DNA of 64,000 nt from Tubiluchus corallicola (Eukaryota; Animalia; Priapulida). Shown piece after piece: positions 1 to 12,498 of this stretch. The stretch is from positions 310,001 to 374,000 of the forward strand of contig JAQGDQ010000037.1 of assembly GCA_030141605.1 (NCBI GenBank), given 5' to 3'. The notes below the pieces were generated by a model. The model was given only the letters and a program-made list of their open reading frames with translations. It was not told the origin of the DNA and ran no database searches. The number at the start of each line of letters is the position of its first letter. Within the stretch, counting starts at the first letter, position 1. A program made the translations under genes and the position numbers.

Positions 1-834
1 CAGTATTGCAGAGTTGCCTTTTAGAGAAACTGATATTTTGTTTTAAATTATTATAGTAGGAAAATTATTCTTTACAAATCTTGAAAAATGCGCAAGCCTT
101 TGTGAAATAAGAAATGTTATTGTTTTAGTTGCCTTGGTGAAAGTAAATAAAAAAAACTAAAACCTGTTGAATGATATTCCAGTATTGAGCATGACAAAAT
201 TACCTTAACACTTTCTTATAACTGGTAGGTTAATTAGTCAATTTTAGCAACTATATTTGTTTGCGTAGGCTTGATCTATCTAAGTTTAAGGTTTTTTTAG
301 ACAGCCTAAGGTTAAAACAAAGCGTAATTTATCCGAAGATCTTTACCCATTTGTGTTTTTGTCTAAAAGCATCTTTTCGTGTAACACAACGTCAGCATTT
401 TGTCCTGTTTTTTTTTTCAAGTGTATAGGATGGTGTCATGTACGCCGTATATATACTTCTTTTTTGTTGTTGTGTTGTTGCTGTGTGTTCGTTGGTTGGT
501 GCAATAAATTTTAAATTCTAATTCATGTTTTTATTGACATTGATATGAGTGATTAATTAATAGCCGATAAAACACATTGATACTCAGGCGGTTTCACAAA
601 CTTACTTAAATCTAAAGTTTTGCCAATTTATTGGAATTATAGGTAAGTGGAAAGTGTTTCAAAAAATCTAATATATAAGAAAAGCACGACGCTATTTGTT
701 CAACTCCTTTTACTGCCTCTCCTGTTTTATTTCCAAGCAGAACAGTTCAATAGTTAACCAGTAAACCGTGATCTTGCTCTATGAAATGTGTTTATATGTG
801 ATTTTCTCCCATTACGCAGCGGCATAGATGAGAA

Positions 835-871
835 GGGGGCGTGGCTTCATCATTTCTTTGCACTTGATTGG
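835..871 (+). promoter_or_regulatory. Candidate promoter elements of the NR2E5 gene (GC/KLF box and inverted CCAAT box)
   Basis: GGGGGCGTGGC at 835-845 and ATTGG at 867-871 in a locally GC-richer patch about 440-470 bp upstream of the inferred start codon; motif match only. Confidence 0.35.
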
Positions 872-1306
872 CTGCGTTCTGCGGTTTGGGTTTTGTGATT
901 GTGCAAATACTCGTCTTTTCAATAGAAAACATGTCTGTATGGGCAAAATTATCCCCAATTAACATTTAGTAATAGCTGGCAGCCGCGTGCTTTTTATCCG
1001 CTCGTGACAAACTTTGTCTGAGAGTGAAGGATGAAGACTGTTCGACGCACCTGCACAGAATTAGTAACTTCAGCTGTTAATCACCTTCAAATTCCAAAAA
1101 AAGTTGCTAAATAATTTATACGACTATCCACATTTCAGTAAAATATTTCTTGTGAAAATTAAAAACGATTCTTTCTTTTTAAAATTGTCGTTGGTGTATT
1201 TTAATTTGCTTTGCAGTTGTAGTTTTTTGTGATTCAGTATAAAAGTTATTTTTTCTCATAAAGACTGGACCAATTTCTGGTGAAATTACTGCGGCACTTT
1301 CTTATA

Positions 1307-2498
1307 ATGGGTAAGTAGAACAAAAATAAATTTCTTTTACTTTCCTTATTCTTCAGCCAACTTAATTTTGACACAGTTCTATGTCATGTATCACTTGCGA
1401 TCTGATAGCCTTTAATTCCGTAAATAATATACATTTATCAGTATATAAATGTGGCTGTGCATTACAAAAATATATTTACCAATGTTTAATACAGTACGAT
1501 TGCATATCACTAAGTTTACAAGCTAGGCCTATAATTGTATTTAATATCTAAGAAAGTGCGGCGGAAAAAATAACAACTGCATGGGTGAGATCTATATAGC
1601 CCTACTGGCCTTCAACAATTTAGTTACGCGCCAAAGGCGATCAAGAAGAAAGAACAAATCAATAAGAATATTAAAGTCCTAAAAATCATTTTTGTGGACA
1701 AAGTGTAATATTTTTTCCTTGGAGAGAATAACCTCTTGATAGACGAATTCTAATATAGGCTATATAAAGTCAAAAAATAAAAAGTATAGCTATCTCACGA
1801 AATGATTTCCATTCCGTACATGAATAAATTCTTTAATATACTGTATAAACTTACACGTTACTAATTTGTTGTTTGTGTGTGAATGTCTATATAAAACCTT
1901 ATATCTATATACTGCTAACTTTCTAGTAGAAAATTTTACACACAGATATTTAATTCAATTATTGGGCAACCGAAATCTACGCAAAACTATTTTCATTATT
2001 GAGTGTTTTCTGAATTTTGGCCACATTTTATGCTTCCCAAGTCAGGCAAAGATCATTTTTTGTTATACGTCTAACAGTTTAATAAAAAAACTTCCCTACT
2101 GTGACATTTAATAACGTTTTCAAGAAATTAAAATTCTTGGGCAGGACATTTCACACAACGTCTTATACTGCTATGTATATAAACAGCACTTGAAATAAAA
2201 TAGTTTGGAGTCATATTCTCATAGCGTACTCTAACCTATGTAGAGCCTTTTAAATCAATTTACCATTTTCGGCACAATAGGCTGTTTCAGTTCCCATCAT
2301 CCATATATGTTTATTAAGCCATAATGTCTTTACGTGACCTAAAAATAGCACGCAAATTAATTTTTATTATTATAACTAGATAGATGATACGTAAAGTGAA
2401 GAGTAGTGAAACAGAACTGCTGGTTTGATTCTAATTGCACTGAGATAGTGTCGACGTTATACTATCGTGTTATGAACAGGAGTCAATGATAGTGGTGG

Positions 2499-2556
<58 letters not shown>

Positions 2557-5500
2557 AATGATGATGACGATGACGATGACCTTAGTTCTGTCGTCTTTAT
2601 GCAAAGTGGCTTTCGCAATACATGTCCTGCAAAGAAACAATACACTTGCATTCTTTCATATGACTTTAGCTTCTCTCTTGGAGAAGAAAAAACTCTCCTG
2701 AATCAAACAGCTCCAAATTCTTAGAGATAAATTCAATGGTGTTAAATGTACATACAGACCATTTGCTTATATCAATTAATTGTTTACTGTTGTATATTAT
2801 GTTATTAAATTCTTTATTTCAGGTCGTACTTTGCCCGTTCCAGTACCCTGTCGGGTTTGCGGAGACAAAAGTTACGGAAAACATTACGGCGTTTACTGCT
2901 GCGATGGTTGCAGTTGCTTCTTCAAACGCAGCATTCGAAGAAAGATGGTCTACACCTGTATCGGTATAAAATTTAACTAAAATTTCTACAACACCTGCAT
3001 CGGTCGAAAATATAACAAAAATTTCTACTCATATACGTTTGTTCAAAATAAATAAATCAAAGGTTAGCAAACGTGTCGCATTTGATATATCTAAGTAACA
3101 CAAACTTTTATTCCTATAATAATTGTAATAAATCTTTATTTAAAAAACTATTTACAATCCCTCTATTTGTAAGGAAGATTATAACAACAACACCTTAAAA
3201 CATTGATCATTTCATCAAACTTTTAAATAGACGGCTGGCTTGCGGTTATGAAAAACGATGAAAATCCGCATAATTTCCATTGATTTTGCTTGATTTTAAC
3301 TTGCATTAATGTTTTATCGAAAAAGACAAAAGTAATTATTGCTGATAATGCTTGCCGTTTCTAATTTAAGACTATAACTTTAAAACGGGTGAGTAATTGC
3401 ACTAATTTTTTTCTAGAATCGCCGCTTTCTTAATTATTAACTGGATGCTGTAAAACAAATGAGCCTGACGTGTTGTTAGTATATAGTCTAGCTTCATCAA
3501 ATCTTTGCTAATTTCATTCTGGTTGCAATTAAGAAGTATGAATTTTTCTGTCTCTTACATACACGAAGCTGAGTGTTCAATATAGGCATTCTTATTGCAA
3601 TTTCTTTAAAGATGTCTCTCGCTCAATATTCACTGAAACTGATTAAAGCGAAGCAAAAAGCAGACTTCTTACAAACGTTGCCAACTCACAAAAATGTAGA
3701 CCTAATATATTAAGCAACTTTAGCGATGAACAGTTTATATATTGAAAATTAGTGCGGAATCCGAGGCATCAGGTGAATGACTACTGACAGGATACTGCCT
3801 GGATATGTCATTTAGAACGTCATTTACTGTTGTCATGGAATTCCTTTCTTTGTGAATATGCTATTTGGAACGCCATTTAGTAATGCCGTAGAATCCGTTT
3901 TATCTTAAAAAATTAGTATATGAATTAGATCACATAATAAAAGTTGGCTAAACACTCATTACATGAAAAATAAGAAGAACCAGACGGTCTTCACGGAAAA
4001 AAAATCAGTTTATAAAGTTACGTAGCAAGCGAGCAACCCAAAAATAGTTCACAGCTATAGAGTAAATGTACCTTACATTTGCTTTTGTTCGCTTATTGGC
4101 AGTCAATTCGTATGTTTTACTGATGCGGTATTCTGACGAGAGGAGTTTTTATATATTCTCTTAATGATTGTAAACAAGGTCGCTGATTTTAATGATGTCT
4201 GTTGACATAGGCTACATATTTAATTTCTATATTGTTGTATAATATAATCATAATACAATCATAATACATCATTTTTATTATACAATATTACAGATATAGT
4301 TTATAACAATACATATATGCAATAGCAGACTGAATTGCTTAAAAATTTTCACGGCTCGATTATTAATTCAAAGTGGAAGGAGATTACAATTCCCCACAAA
4401 ATTTAAATACCCTAACCCTAACCCTAGCCCTAATCCCAACCCTAACCCAACCCTAACTCTATCCCTAACCCTAACCCCAATCCTAATCCTAACCTTAATC
4501 CTAATCCTAACCCTAATCCTAATTCGCTTCACGAACTAGTTTCTTGTGTAAACTTTAGCCATTCAATATATCTGCACAAAATTGCGATTGTTATAAAGAC
4601 CCTGTCATCACATCATAACTTTATATCATACAAACGTACAACCATGGATGGTTTAATAATTAAGCTACGAGAATTTTCTCTGGTAATCAATCTGCTATTG
4701 TCTAATAAGTTTTTGTAAACTGTTCATAGTTTCAATAGTATTTACTTGTCATCACTGAACCGTCCAGTTGATCTATCGTGACGATTCTATATTGATTGTT
4801 GCAGTGTGCAGAGCTAATTGATATGATTTCTTCACGTACAGGTAAGGGAAGCTGTACAGTGGATAAAGCCAGACGGAATTGGTGTCCATACTGCCGTCTG
4901 CAAAAATGCTTTGCGGTCAATATGAATAAAGAAGGTGAGTTCTTTTGTGTAACTTTGTTATATTTATTGACACCGTTGAAAACAACTGCACTGCACAATA
5001 ATTTTTATAAATTAATCACTTCATCAACTAAAATTGCGTTCGCAATAGGAATTGCTTTGTTGAAAATTGTATCAGAATTATTACGTTAAATTCAGTTATT
5101 TAGCAGGTCCAAAACCATCAATGAACACTACATTTAATACACTTGAGCAACTTGTGAAGTAAATGATGTCGTAAAAATACTTCAAAATACAATATTTAAA
5201 ATGCTCGTGGTTGTATAAGGAAAACAAGGTGAAAAAATTGTACAGACATCTACACAATATACAGGCTGTCCCAAAAATTCATAGTAAAGCAACAAGCGGG
5301 TTGAGATTAAGGAATTGCAAGTAATCCGCATTATTTTTCTAAAAACTCATCAATTAAACACTTTTTGCAGCTTCCCAACGACTTAGCGATTTCACAAATC
5401 TTGTAAAAAATCAAAATAATATTGATTAAGATGAGCGTCTCTTTTAAGCTGTTTTAAGCAATTCACTGTAGTTTTATTATAAAGCACTGAGCGGAATCTA

Positions 5501-8500
5501 TCTTTATATCAAACGTCAACCGCTAGGAGTCATCGGGTGACATGTGAACATATGTAGAATTATATATTCATGGTTAGTTGGCAACGTTAATTAGGTAATG
5601 AATCAGTCCCTCACCAGGAAATACTTGTACCCATGCCAATATCTTGCATTGCAGTACACTGATCCCAAAACAAAGCTTCTTAGTAAGGCGGTTGTTTCTG
5701 CTTCTGCTATTAATTGATGATAAACCTAACTAGGCCTTAATCTCATATTCTTGTCCAGTTACCGTAATCGCGATATGCTTACCTTATAATTTCGCGTCGT
5801 CAACTTGTAGATAGAGGCCTAAATGATTCCTCCAAAGCTGGTTTGAATCGCAATATCAAAATTCGATCTGATTCGCCTGTAATTTACTGCAAATGACGCC
5901 TGACTCCGTGTGCAAGTAACCCCCCAAATCGCTTAACAACTTTATTAAGTTAATCGCGAATTTCCACAAATGTGGGCCAAAAACTTGTCTACTGAGTGGC
6001 GTTATAGGATCTTTACCCGTTGTTACCCATTGTGCAAGACTGATGCTATCGTGCTGAAATTACCTATTTATTGTAAGCTAGCACGCCAACTCCCGTGCAT
6101 TACACGCAGATGTGCTTTTTAGTAGAAAAGTGATTTTTGCAATTTTCTTATCATATTTTGAGAGAAAATTGTAAATTTTGCTTGGCAGGCGCTGACGCAT
6201 TTGTGTCTTTATGAGTGATTTCCTGTCCTGTGACCAATCAGCTGAGAGAAGAAAAGAGAACAGATTGCTTTGTAAAGCATAGCGCATCGAAGTTATAACT
6301 AATTTTCAAGTTTTTCTTTGTTTTCAGCTGTTGCTTTTACAAAGAAGTGCAATCGGCTCGTTTTTCGTTTAACTAAAATGCTAGGCAGGTTATGTTTTTT
6401 CTTAATTTTAATATTAAAACGCTTTTCATCAGTTGACTGACGTAATTAACCAAATAATAAGCTTAACCCGTTACTCAATATTCCTTAATTTATGTTCAAC
6501 TTAATCCATGCCCATTACTTTCTAGCGTTCTAGTGAAATTTACGCTGCCAAAGCTGTCACATTGAATCAATGTTAATTTTTCTCTGCACTACGCAATTTC
6601 TAGCAAGTGCAAGCGTTTTGAACCTCTTGGTTCCCTTTTGAACTTCGAACCAGTGATTTCCCGTGACAGCGTTCAAAAAGGGGAGGCCTGCACTTGTTTT
6701 CTTTTTTTCGTTTGTCCGCAGTTAAAAATAGTATGCGAAAAACCATTACAATGTATCGGAAAATAGACAGGGGTTCATACAGCGCTATAAAAAGAACTGA
6801 TTTTTAAACAGGATTATATCACGATGAAAATCGTAAATTGTCCTAAACAAGCAACAGTTATACTCAAGAAGTAATTTCCTGGATCATCACAAATTACCCT
6901 CCACAAGTGAAAGTAGTAACCTATGTGATTAATTTACCACAATCTTAAAATTTCTTTTCATAAATTTCTTATAACCTGTTTTTGTGAATCACAGAAGGTC
7001 TTTTACGTCGACTAAGTTTCACAGATTTTTTTACCGAAACTAAAAACGTCAGAACGCCAACTTTTCCAACATGTAACTCGTTTCATCCTTAATACCTCTT
7101 GTAAACGCTAAAGTTATAAAGAAACGGTGACAGGGAGAAAAAAGAAAGAGAACAAGAAAACATCAAATGCTTGGGGATTTAGGAATATCATACGGCCAAA
7201 GCAACGTACATAACCTTGCACATTGTACCTCTAAATACGACATACTTATATTACACAGTAGATTAATAAATCAATGGCTATGCTTTTTTAATTTATTGCC
7301 GAATAAATAAAATTTAATGCCTTTCGGTATTTGTTAATGTTCGCTTTTATATGCAGCTGTACAGGAAGAGAGAGGACCTAGAAAGAACAAAGACAACAAA
7401 CAAAAATCCGGTGACTTGGCGGAAACAAAGGCAAAACGTTCTGCTAAACATCCGGGACAGCACCACCACCACCACCACCATAATCATCTTCATCAGTCCA
7501 CGTCACAGTCAGCGATGCCGCCAACGTCACTACCATATTCGTTCATGTTTCCGCTTACGCAAGCAGCAGTCGTCTCTAGTCACGTGAGCACTATAGGTAA
7601 ATGAAAATTTTACTAAAAATGTTTATTTATAAATTACCGCTCTTAATAGGTAAAAGGTAAATGGGTAAACATAATAGATAAAATGAGATTTGGAAACATT
7701 TTTTTCTATTTCAGCACCGCCGTTTCCAGCGTTTCCTCTATTTCGCAGCAATGCGTTCTCTCCTATACCAGGTGCTACGCCTAGGCAGAAGGACGGCATA
7801 GGACTCAGCACAGAAAATAAAAGCGCTTTTACTAAAGTTCTACCCTCTTCGCAACTCCTGCCAGTGCCCGCACTAAATGCACTTTCAGTCGATAGAGGTA
7901 TGCATGCACAATTGGGTATTTTTAGCCTTTGTCAAATTTTTGAAACACAGAAAAAAGTATATTTACAGCATGTATGTATATAAGTATGCATAAATAGACT
8001 TTCGATAATATTATAGGTGAGAGGCCACCGTGGTTATGCAACTCATTTGACTGCTTGGTTGGAAATTAAATGGCTAATGCTTTGAGTAAATATGACTTGC
8101 TAAAAGACCTCTGCTGGTTCAGTGCCTCATCTCAATATACCCAGCTCCACATCCTTGTTTAGTAGCGCCTGTCGTTGAGTGCTGGGTTTCGGATAGCAAT
8201 CTGATGAAGTGTGTAAAAATATATGTTACAGCCAATGAGAAAAATTTAGACAATTTTTAAAATTCCTAGGCATTTCATATAAAACCTACGTATTTCGGGA
8301 AAATTATGAAATAAATGTTTGCGCTACGACGCTTTCAAACTTTCCCTAGACATTTTGTATGACAACTAGAATCTATATAGATGGCGCAAATTGACTTTGG
8401 CAAAGTGTAAAATGAACATAATTCGCGTTTAATCTCAACTTTTCTTAGACATTTTGTGCATCAATTAGGCATTGTATAGAATGCATAAGACGACTTAGTC

Positions 8501-10555
8501 AAATTTGTCTGTGAGTTAACTCATTACCTTTGTTAAAGAATTTTGCTCATTTCTGACAAACCGTTTTCAATAGCTGCTTTTTAACGAATGTTTTTCCGAA
8601 TAAGGAAATAATATGGCGACATTTACTTCGTTTCCTAATATAAGGCTGCCAAAATTACATTGAATTTCATCCACGATGTTGTACTTATCACAGAACAATA
8701 CTTGCGCATTACTAACAAAGATGTCATGTCGATTCTGCCGCTTCTATTGTTATTTTCTTTTCCTTTTTCCAAACAATTAAATGTGCTGTGAAATTTTCAG
8801 ATTCACTGGTATCAAAGCAGGGAGAATTGTTTCAAGAGTTGGCAGCTCAGATTCTCTTTGCCACTGTGAGACGAGCTCGAGGCAACGAATTTTTCCAGCT
8901 GATTACACAAGCTGATCAAGTGGCGCTGATAGAGGAAGTATGGAGTGAATTGTTTTTACTGGAAGCCGCCTACTGGCCTGTAGATATCTGCGCTATGATC
9001 AAATATTTAAATGTTGATTTGCATCAAATTTTCAAGGTAATATAATTTTACGTGTTGTCAGCAATCACTTACAGTCCACGGTTTTAAAATTCGCACGTCT
9101 TCCTCTATCTTGCATAGTTTTGATTCTTATATACTATTTAACTGAAACATCTATAAAGTACTTCATTCAGTTCTAACATAGTTAAAACAATTAAAGTTGG
9201 TACTTGCTTGGCATTAAACAACGCAAATTTTAACTGGGCATAAATCAATTAAACCCAAACGAAATGCATATAGTCATATAGATTCACGTAAAGTTTCCGT
9301 TTAAAAGCACGCTGAAAAGTGAAAATTGTTGTTAAAATGTGGATGTCTCCAAAGCTTTTTATTAATAAACATCAAATTGATTATCAATTTGTAGTTTGCT
9401 AGTAGAAGTTCATATCATAATTAGCATAAATTCATATCATGGATTAGCATTAAAATGCTAATTAATTTTTATTCAGATAAATTAATAACGGGGGGAAAAT
9501 TTTCAGACATCTGACTCGCTAGTTCTGCATCAAATTCATCACGTGATCGCCACATGTCAAATGGCAGCGGCAGACGCCACGGAGCTCACACTGCTTGAAT
9601 CCATTGTACTTTGTCGTTCAGGTAATCCACTTTGTTTTTTATTTGTAAAAGTATAGGGCCTACATGCACTATATATCCTTCTTTAAACTCGTAACAATTA
9701 TGTCGGCCTATTTTTTTGTTTTTGTTACCACATTTGCATCCGTTTAAAAAGGAAAACAGGTACTGTCAGGTAGTGTTTCTTGAACTGTGACCTGCTGACA
9801 TCTTTTTGCAACGTGACAGTTATAGCCGACCACTCATAGTTTGGAAAGACTGAATTTTTAGTTATTCCCAAGTGAACGAAACTATACTGACTCCACACGC
9901 CAGTGTTAGTTTCCCACAAATTATGACTTGCAGATCACTTTATTACAAACGTATTTGGCTTAAAATTAATGTACTTGTAGGTTTTGTCTTTTTTCGCAAA
10001 AATGAGAGTTCTAATACATGTTTGTATGACTCGAGGTCATCATGCTTATCACGTAGACTTTTTGTTTCCATAATTTCTAACTTTTTGGTTGATTACGTTA
10101 GTTTGTAAACGCCTATATAAACTCCTTAAAATAATGATTTCTTAGGATAGTAATACAGAAAAAATACTGTGGCAAAACAATTGCTTGAATCATAGCTATC
10201 ACACAAGTCTCTATATAGAATATTATAGAAGTCTCTATAAGAAAAAGAAACATCGGCTTATAAAATATTGCTGAATTGGCAAAACAAAACAAAATAAATG
10301 TTTGTTGTTGTTTGTTTTTCAGATTGTAAGAAGCAATTAACTGACACAAAACGTGTTCAGTTGTTACAGGAGAGAGCTCAGCTGACTCTAGCCCAATATT
10401 GCACCTCAGCCTATTCACAGCAACCTGCTAAATTCGGAAAGCTTCTTCTATTGCTTCCCTGCCTGAAAAATATCCCGTCTCACATAGTCGAAGAGGTGTT
10501 TTTCAAAAAGACCATTGGCAGTGTTCCTATACAGCATATTTTAAGGAGCATATAG
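1307..10555 (+). CDS. NR2E5: Nuclear receptor subfamily 2 group E, Hr83/NHR-239 (NR2E5) clade; about 414 aa, 8 coding exons
   Basis: Exons 1307-1310 (ATGG|gtaagt), 2823-2963, 4842-4934, 7357-7596, 7715-7897, 8801-9036, 9507-9621, 10323-10555; all GT-AG and phase-consistent, 1245 nt in total. Protein starts [41 protein letters not shown]...[26 protein letters not shown]...[10 protein letters not shown] (P-box CDGCSC and [10 protein letters not shown] typical of Hr83). LBD has [16 protein letters not shown] and [10 protein letters not shown]...[11 protein letters not shown]. Confidence 0.9.
2499..2580. repeat. (GAT)n trinucleotide microsatellite in NR2E5 intron 1
   Basis: Long gatgatgat run grading into gacgat; source of the spurious poly-M and poly-S ORFs. 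Confidence 0.95.
4375..4562. repeat. Short interspersed element with internal telomere-like (CCCTAA)n array, copy 1
   Basis: ggaaggagattacaa...atttaaata, then about 115 bp of degenerate CCCTAA, then cacgaactagtttcttgtgt...ctttagcca; the same flanks occur at 12350-12498. Confidence 0.75.
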
Positions 10556-10763
10556 TTCGAAATGATCACGTATTCGTGCAATTTTTTTAGCTAATTAGTA
10601 TTATAAATGTAGCTGAACAAACATATAAAGCATGTAAATATTGTAAATTAAAGCATTTCCTGCATCTGTAGTAATTATTATCCTTGTGCAATATGCTTTG
10701 CCAAAAACTGTTATATTAAAGCGTTTTAAGGACTAGCTTGATGATGTTTTTGATAATTAACAT

Positions 10764-11041
10764 AGAGCGTTAATTGACCTGTTCTCAAATTTAACTACAT
10801 TGAAAAAATATTCAACAAGTTTTATCATAGCTGAAAAATGCCATTAAAATAAAAAGGTGAAAAAGTATTACTTTTATTTACTTTGTTTGTTTACCATAAT
10901 CAACAAAGAGCGTTAATTGAACTTTTCTCAAATTTAACTACAGTGAAAAAGTATTCAGCAAGTTTTATCATAGCTGAAAAAGGCCGTTAAAATAAAAAGC
11001 TGAAAACATTACTTTCATTTACTTTGTTTGTTTACCATAAT
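10764..11041. repeat. Tandem duplication of an about 140-bp unit downstream of the NR2E5 stop
   Basis: agagcgttaattga...ttgtttgtttaccataat at 10764-10900 and 10907-11041, highly similar. Confidence 0.9.
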
Positions 11042-11454
11042 AACATATATATAAATACTTGGGCATTTTCTCTACACTGTTAGCTCAACGTTTAGGGTTA
11101 AACGTGTCCTGGGTTAATCCACTCAACACCATGTGATATTCTGCAATAAATGACGTCGAGATAATAACTAGACTACTGTTCATTACAAAGTCATAAACTG
11201 AAGATTCTGCAATATGACTGGAACTGCAACATGAATCCCAAATACAACATCAGTGCACGATTGCTATTTTGTACTGTGAACTGCAAAATAAATCTTGACC
11301 TTTCGGTCAAGGTCAGAATTTTGCTTTAATTCATTTTGCCCTACTTAATTCTTTTCAAAATCCATTCACTTTCTTTCATTTCCTTTCCAACAGATGCCTG
11401 TATTGGATTGGGATGGTATTGTTTATACATTGTATAATAATTGCTCATAATGCA

Positions 11455-11773
11455 AAACATTCAGCAAAAATTTTCGTTTTATATACACACGTTTTATTTC
11501 ATTGTATCGTCTGCCGTGGCCGTTCCTAAAAGAAACCATGCATGATATGTTGCACACAGTGAGCGTAGACAGCTTGGGTTGAATTCTGGTAATCTTGCAA
11601 GTCTTATGTCTACTTGCTACATGGGGCGATGAAATCCTAACTGCAGTATTTATACTGCCATTCTAGTCCGCAACACAGTCTGTACGCACTTTGATATCGA
11701 ACATGAGTTTAGCTGCCATTGCACATTTTGCATAAATTTCTGCTCTATGCCGGCCTGCTTCGGTTTCTTGAAT
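11455..11773 (-). pseudogene. Cysteine-rich secreted protein family copy A (5'-truncated, frameshifted)
   Basis: Minus strand reads IQETEAGRHRAEIYAKCAMAAKLMFDIKV, then after a 1-nt shift YRLCCGLEWQYKYCS*DF; homologous to copies B and C; no signal-peptide segment; AATAAA at 11493-11498. Confidence 0.75.
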
Positions 11774-12349
11774 CTTGCTCACAATTTTCGCGGCATTCAT
11801 TTTCATTTTTTTGTTTTATGTTTACGTTTTGAAGAATGTTAATTTGAATAATGTTTCACAAATTATGTTGATGTGTGAAATGTCATTTTGTTAATAAACT
11901 ACCATTATCATGAGTGCAACATTCGGGCATGCTAACAAACTGCGTGTACAGGGACAACACTGGCACATTAAACCAAGTATGAAATCTTGTGCATTTTTTA
12001 TAAATCATGAGTGTGAATTCTCGTGTAATGTAATTGTATATCTAAGCAGGCGACTAACTTCACAAATAGCGCAATTACTTTTCGTGTGAGACGGCTATCA
12101 TCGCTCGATAAAAACGTCAAAAGATATTTTTCTGTCGCGTTAAGTAACATCATTCAAGAAGAAATCAAGTAGCAAAGCTTTTAGCACAGCGGGAAGACAT
12201 GACATAATGGTTATTATGAAAGGGAATGCCTCATAGTTCGGAGCATACTTTTATTTAGAAATTATATTACGATCTGTGAAAGTGTTCAGTACTGACAGAT
12301 TGACTGTGCTTTGCTATTTTTATACAGTTCAACATATGTACTGCACACC

Positions 12350-12498
12350 GGAAGGAGTTTACAAGTCGCTACACAATTTAAATAGCCTCACCACACTAAC
12401 CCTATCACTAACCCTAACTCTAATCCGAACGCTAACCCTAATCCTAATCCGCTACACGAACTAATTTCTTGTGTGTGAAGAATTGTAAGCTTTAGCCA
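12350..12498. repeat. Short interspersed element with internal telomere-like (CCCTAA)n array, copy 2
   Basis: ggaaggagtttacaa...atttaaata, degenerate CCCTAA array, cacgaactaatttcttgtgt...ctttagcca. Confidence 0.7.

Noticed and set aside
2457-2701. Poly-Met and poly-Ser ORFs
   Set aside because: Translation of a (GAT)n microsatellite in an intron
4408-4522. True telomere or chromosome-fusion site
   Set aside because: Short, degenerate, intronic, single orientation and embedded in flanks repeated at 12350-12498
5261-5280. Tc1/mariner-like terminus tacaggctgtccc
   Set aside because: No matching opposite TIR or transposase found nearby
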